Source: Auanema rhodensis
Taxonomy: Eukaryota; Animalia; Nematoda
NCBI GenBank assembly: GCA_964057225.1
Contig: OZ059900.1
Span: 620,001-684,000, forward strand
DNA: 64,000 nucleotides
Direction: 5' to 3'
Position 1 is the stretch's first letter. Every line of letters begins with the position of its first letter. Shown here one piece after another: positions 58,801 through 64,000 of this stretch. A program made the position numbers and the translations under genes. The notes under the pieces are model-generated. The model was not told the origin of the DNA. It did not search any database and was given only the letters and a program-made list of their open reading frames with translations.

Positions 58801-61800
58801 TATTCGGTGAGATTCGAGAATCGAACACACAATACACGAAATAAGTCTATTTTTACGAGTTTGCACTGATATTTATTCATTTTGATCAAAAAAGGTCGAA
58901 AATAGAAAGAATTTTTGAAATTTCCGAGTTTTGAGTCTAATTTGGCTAAATCGCTCATATATATGATCAAAAGCATAGTTTTATTGTCTATGACAACAAA
59001 AGTCATCAATTAAACGCTAGTGATGTTTAAATACTGAATTTCGCTCAAATAGCATTACTACACTAAGTATGGTCGTTTTTATGCCTTTAACACCATATAC
59101 TCACCGATTTTTGGTACAAAATCTGTGATACTCGTAAATTTTGATCATATTCGGTGAGATTCGAGAATCGAACACACAATACACGAAATAAGTCTATTTT
59201 TACGAGTTTGCACTGATATTTATTCATTTTGATCAAAAAAGGTCGAAAATAGAAAGAATTTTTGAAATTTCCGAGTTTTGAGTCTAATTTGGCTAAATCG
59301 CTCATATATATGATCAAAAGCATAGTTTTATTGTCTATGACAACAAAAGTCATCAATTAAACGCTAGTGATGTTTAAATACTGAATTTCGCTCAAATAGC
59401 ATTACTACACTAAGTATGGTCGTTTTTATGCCTTTAACACCATATACTCACCGATTTTTGGTACAAAATCTGTGATACTCGTAAATTTTGATCATATTCG
59501 GTGAGATTCGAGAATCGAACACACAATACACGAAATAAGTCTATTTTTACGAGTTTGCACTGATATTTATTCATTTTGATCAAAAAAGGTCGAAAATAGA
59601 AAGAATTTTTGAAATTTCCGAGTTTTGAGTCTAATTTGGCTAAATCGCTCATATATATGATCAAAAGCATAGTTTTATTGTCTATGACAACAAAAGTCAT
59701 CAATTAAACGCTAGTGATGTTTAAATACTGAATTTCGCTCAAATAGCATTACTACACTAAGTATGGTCGTTTTTATGCCTTTAACACCATATACTCACCG
59801 ATTTTTGGTACAAAATCTGTAATACTTGTAAATTTTGATCATATTCGTTAAGATTCGAGAATCAAACACATAATACACGAAATAAGTCTATTTTTATGAG
59901 TTTGCACTGATATTTATTTATTTTGATCAAAAAAGGTCGAAAATAGAAAGAATTTTTGAAATTTCCGAGTTTTGAGTCCAATTTGGCTAAATCGCTCATA
60001 TATATGATCAAAAGCATAGTTTTATTGTCTATAACAACAAAAGTCATCAATTAAACGCTAGTGATGTTTAAATACTGAATTTCGCTCAAATAGCATTACT
60101 ACACTAAGTATGGTCGTTTTTATGCCTTTAACACCATATACTCACCGATTTTTGGTACAAAATCTGTAATACTCGTAAATTTTGATCATATTCGTTAAGA
60201 TTTGAAAATCAAACACACAATAAACAAAATCAGTCTATTTTTATGAGTTTGCACTGATATATATTCATTTTGATCAAAAAAGGTCGAAAATAGAAAGAAT
60301 TTTTGAAATTTCCGAGTTTTGAGTCTAATTTGGCTAAATCGCTCATATATATGATCAGAAGCATAGTTTTATTGTCTATGACAACAAAAGTCATCAATTA
60401 AACGCTAGTGATGTTTAAATACTAAATTTCGCTCAAATAGCATTACTACACTAAGTATGGTCGTTTTTATGCCTTTAACACCATATACTCACCGATTTTT
60501 GGTACAAAATCTGTAATACTCGTAAATTTTGATCATATTCGGTGAGATTCGAGAATCAAACACACAATACACGAAATAAGTTTATTTTGACAAGTTTGCA
60601 CTGATATTTATTCATTTTGATCAAAAAAGGTCGAAAATAGAAAGAATTTTTGAATTTTCCGAGTTTTGAGTCCAATTGGGCTAAATCGCTCATATATATG
60701 ATCAAAAGCATAGTTTTACTGTCTATGATAACAAAAGTCTTCAAATAGACACTAATAATGATTAAATCACTGAATTTCACTTAAATAGCATTACTACACT
60801 AAGTATGGTCGTTTTTATGCCTTTAACACCATATACTCACCGATTTTTGGTACAAAATCTGTGATACTCGTAAATTTTGATCATATTCGGTGAGATTCGA
60901 GAATCGAACACACAATACACGAAATAAGTCTATTTTTACGAGTTTGCACTGATATTTATTCATTTTGATCAAAAAAGGTCGAAAATAGAAAGAATTTTTG
61001 AAATTTCCGAGTTTTGAGTCTAATTTGGCTAAATCGCTCATATATATGATCAAAAGCATAGTTTTATTGTCTATGACAACAAAAGTCATCAATTAAACGC
61101 TAGTGATGTTTAAATACTGAATTTCGCTCAAATAGCATTACTACACTAAGTATGGTCGTTTTTATGCCTTTAACACCATATACTCACCGATTTTTGGTAC
61201 AAAATCTGTAATACTTGTAAATTTTGATCATATTCGTTAAGATTCGAGAATCAAACACATAATACACGAAATAAGTCTAGTTTTACGAGTTTGCACTGAT
61301 ATTTATTCATTTTGATCAAAAAAGGTCGAAAATAGAAAGAATTTTTGAAATTTCCGAGTTTTGAGTCTAATTTGGCTAAATCGCTCTATATATATGATCA
61401 AAAGCATAGTTTTATTGTCTATGACAACAAAAGTCATCAATTAAACGCTAGTGATGTTTAAATACTGAATTTCGCTCAAATAGCATTACTACACTAAGTA
61501 TGGTCGTTTTTATGCCTTTAACACCATATACTCACCGATTTTTGGTACAAAATCTGTGATACTCGTAAATTTTGATCATATTCGGTGAGATTCGAAAATC
61601 GAACACACAATACACGAAATAAGTCTATTTTTACGAGTTTGCACTGATATTTATTCATTTTGATCAAAAAAGGTCGAAAATAGAAAGAATTTTTGAAATT
61701 TCCGAGTTTTGAGTCTAATTTGGCTAAATCGCTCATATATATGATCAAAAGCATAGTTTTATTGTCTATGACAACAAAAATCATCAATTAAACGCTAGTG

Positions 61801-64000
61801 ATGTTTAAATACTGATTTTCGCTCAAATAGCATTACTACACTAAGTATGGTCGTTTTTATGCCTTTAACACCATATACTCACCGATTTTTGGTACAAAAT
61901 CTGTGATACTCGTAAATTTTGATCATATTCGGTGAGATTCGAGAATCGAACACACAATACACGAAATAAGTCTATTTTTACGAGTTTGCACTGATATTTA
62001 TTCATTTTGATCAAAAAAGGTCGAAAATAGAAAGAATTTTTGAAATTTCCGAGTTTTGAGTCTAATTTGGCTAAATCGCTCATATATATGATCAAAAGCA
62101 TAGTTTTATTGTCTATGACAACAAAAGTCATCAATTAAACGCTAGTGATGTTTAAATACTGAATTTCGCTCAAATAGCATTACTACACTAAGTATGGTCG
62201 TTTTTATGCCTTTAACACCATATACTCACCGATTTTTGGTACAAAATCTGTGATACTCGTAAATTTTGATCATATTCGGTGAGATTCGAGAATCGAACAC
62301 ACAATACACGAAATAAGTCTATTTTTACGAGTTTGCACTGATATTTATTCATTTTGATCAAAAAAGGTCGAAAATAGAAAGAATTTTTGAAATTTCCGAG
62401 TTTTGAGTCTAATTTGGCTAAATCGCTCATATATATGATCAAAAGCATAGTTTTATTGTCTATGACAACAAAAGTCATCAATTAAACGCTAGTGATGTTT
62501 AAATACTGAATTTCGCTCAAATAGCATTACTACACTAAGTATGGTCGTTTTTATGCCTTTAACACCATATACTCACCGATTTTTGGTACAAAATCTGTAA
62601 TACTTGTAAATTTTGATCATATTCGTTAAGATTCGAGAATCAAACACATAATACACGAAATAAGTCTATTTTTATGAGTTTGCACTGATATTTATTTATT
62701 TTGATCAAAAAAGGTCGAAAATAGAAAGAATTTTTGAATTTTCCGAGTTTTGAGTCCAATTGGGCTAAATCGCTCATATATATGATCAAAAGCATAGTTT
62801 TACTGTCTATAACAACAAAAGTCATCAATTAAACGCTAGTGATATTTAAATACTGATTTTCGCTCAAGTAGCATTACTACACTAAGTATGGTCGTTTTTA
62901 TGCCTTTAACACCATATACTCACCGATTTTTGGTACAAAATCTGTGATACTCGTAAATTTTGATCATATTCGGTGAGATTCGAGAATCGAACACACAATA
63001 CACGAAATAAGTCTATTTTTACGAGTTTGCACTGATATTTATTCATTTTGATCAAAAAAGGTCGAAAATAGAAAGAATTTTTGAAATTTCCGAGTTTTGA
63101 GTCTAATTTGGCTAAATCGCTCATATATATGATCAAAAGCATAGTTTTATTGTCTATGACAACAAAAGTCATCAATTAAACGCTAGTGATGTTTAAATAC
63201 TGAATTTCGCTCAAATAGCATTACTACACTAAGTATGGTCGTTTTTATGCCTTTAACACCATATACTCACCGATTTTTGGTACAAAATCTGTGATACTCG
63301 TAAATTTTGATCATATTCGGTGAGATTCGAGAATCGAACACACAATACACGAAATAAGTCTATTTTTACGAGTTTGCACTGATATTTATTCATTTTGATC
63401 AAAAAAGGTCGAAAATAGAAAGAATTTTTGAAATTTCCGAGTTTTGAGTCTAATTTGGCTAAATCGCTCATATATATGATCAAAAGCATAGTTTTATTGT
63501 CTATGACAACAAAAGTCATCAATTAAACGCTAGTGATGTTTAAATACTGAATTTCGCTCAAATAGCATTACTACACTAAGTATGGTCGTTTTTATGCCTT
63601 TAACACCATATACTCACCGATTTTTGGTACAAAATCTGTAATACTTGTAAATTTTGATCATATTCGTTAAGATTCGAGAATCAAACACATAATACACGAA
63701 ATAAGTCTATTTTTATGAGTTTGCACTGATATTTATTTATTTTGATCAAAAAAGGTCGAAAATAGAAAGCATTTTTGAATTTTCCGAGTTTTGAGTCCAA
63801 TTGGGCTAAATCGCTCATATATATGATCAAAAGCATAGTTTTACTGTCTATAACAACAAAAGTCATCAATTAAACGCTAGTGATATTTAAATACTGATTT
63901 TCGCTCAAGTAGCATTACTACACTAAGTATGGTCGTTTTTATGCCTTTAACACCATATACTCACCGATTTTTGGTACAAAATCTGTAATACTTGTAAATT
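52808..64000. repeat. Highly homogeneous domain dominated by one 347-bp variant (GAGAATCGAACAC) with 1041-, 1388- and 4166-bp local periods
   Basis: There are long runs of near-identical monomers of the 89-aa ORF type. Offsets are 52921/53962 (1041), 53962/55350 (1388), and 57352/61518, 58474/62640, 59087/63253 (4166). Confidence 0.92.

Larger units (their letters stand above)
1..64000. repeat. AT-rich tandem satellite array, 347/348-bp monomer, about 184 copies, single orientation, continuing beyond both window edges
   Basis: TTACTACACTAAGTA recurs at 1, 348, 695, 1042, 1390 ... 63915. Equivalent ORF ends are 347 or 348 bp apart throughout. No unique sequence was seen between monomers. The first monomer has 53 C and 47 G in 347 bp. 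Confidence 0.99.

Noticed and set aside
461-63869. Well over 100 short minus-strand ORFs (62-101 aa, MMTFVVIDNKTMLLIIYMSDLAKLDSK...) as a tandem gene family
   Set aside because: They are one frame of the satellite monomer. Many begin at TTG or GTG, start and stop positions vary with single SNPs, many monomers lack a qualifying ORF, variants are often non-synonymous, and the F/I/K/L/N-rich composition is what AT-rich DNA gives. I recognise no domain. Ribo-seq or proteomics would be needed to revive the idea.
1-64000. CRISPR array or other repeat-spacer or cassette system
   Set aside because: There are no unique spacers, the whole 347-bp unit repeats, and there are no cas, integrase or recombinase genes.
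1-64000. Embedded transposon, inversion or telomeric repeat
   Set aside because: The monomer phase is continuous from start to end on one strand, leaving no room for an insertion, and I saw no telomere-type short repeats.

Overview
The whole 64 kb window is one uninterrupted, head-to-tail array of an AT-rich tandem satellite. It holds about 184 full monomers of 347 or 348 bp plus an 86-bp partial, and the first monomer is about 29% GC by hand count. It looks like eukaryotic centromeric, pericentromeric or other heterochromatic satellite DNA. I could not identify the host or a named family from sequence alone. I see no genes, RNA genes, transposon insertions, inversions or CRISPR spacers, and the ORF track only reflects the repeat. 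The interest lies in the internal architecture. (1) Two monomer tail classes (347 and 348 bp) and several head haplotypes recombine as modules. (2) Higher-order repeats (HORs) are nested and locally changing, with 2-, 3-, 4-, 5-, 6-, 9-, 12- and 14-mer periods, including a 4868-bp duplication and a 5-copy 2083-bp 6-mer. (3) The two ends of the window are related to each other across a distinct central layer. (4) Many variable sites are CpG to TpG/CpA changes, suggesting methylation. (5) The monomer shows A/T tracts phased at about 10 bp, several short dyads and weak signs of being an ancient ~170-bp dimer. All alignments were done by eye with the ORF coordinates as rulers and need computational confirmation.
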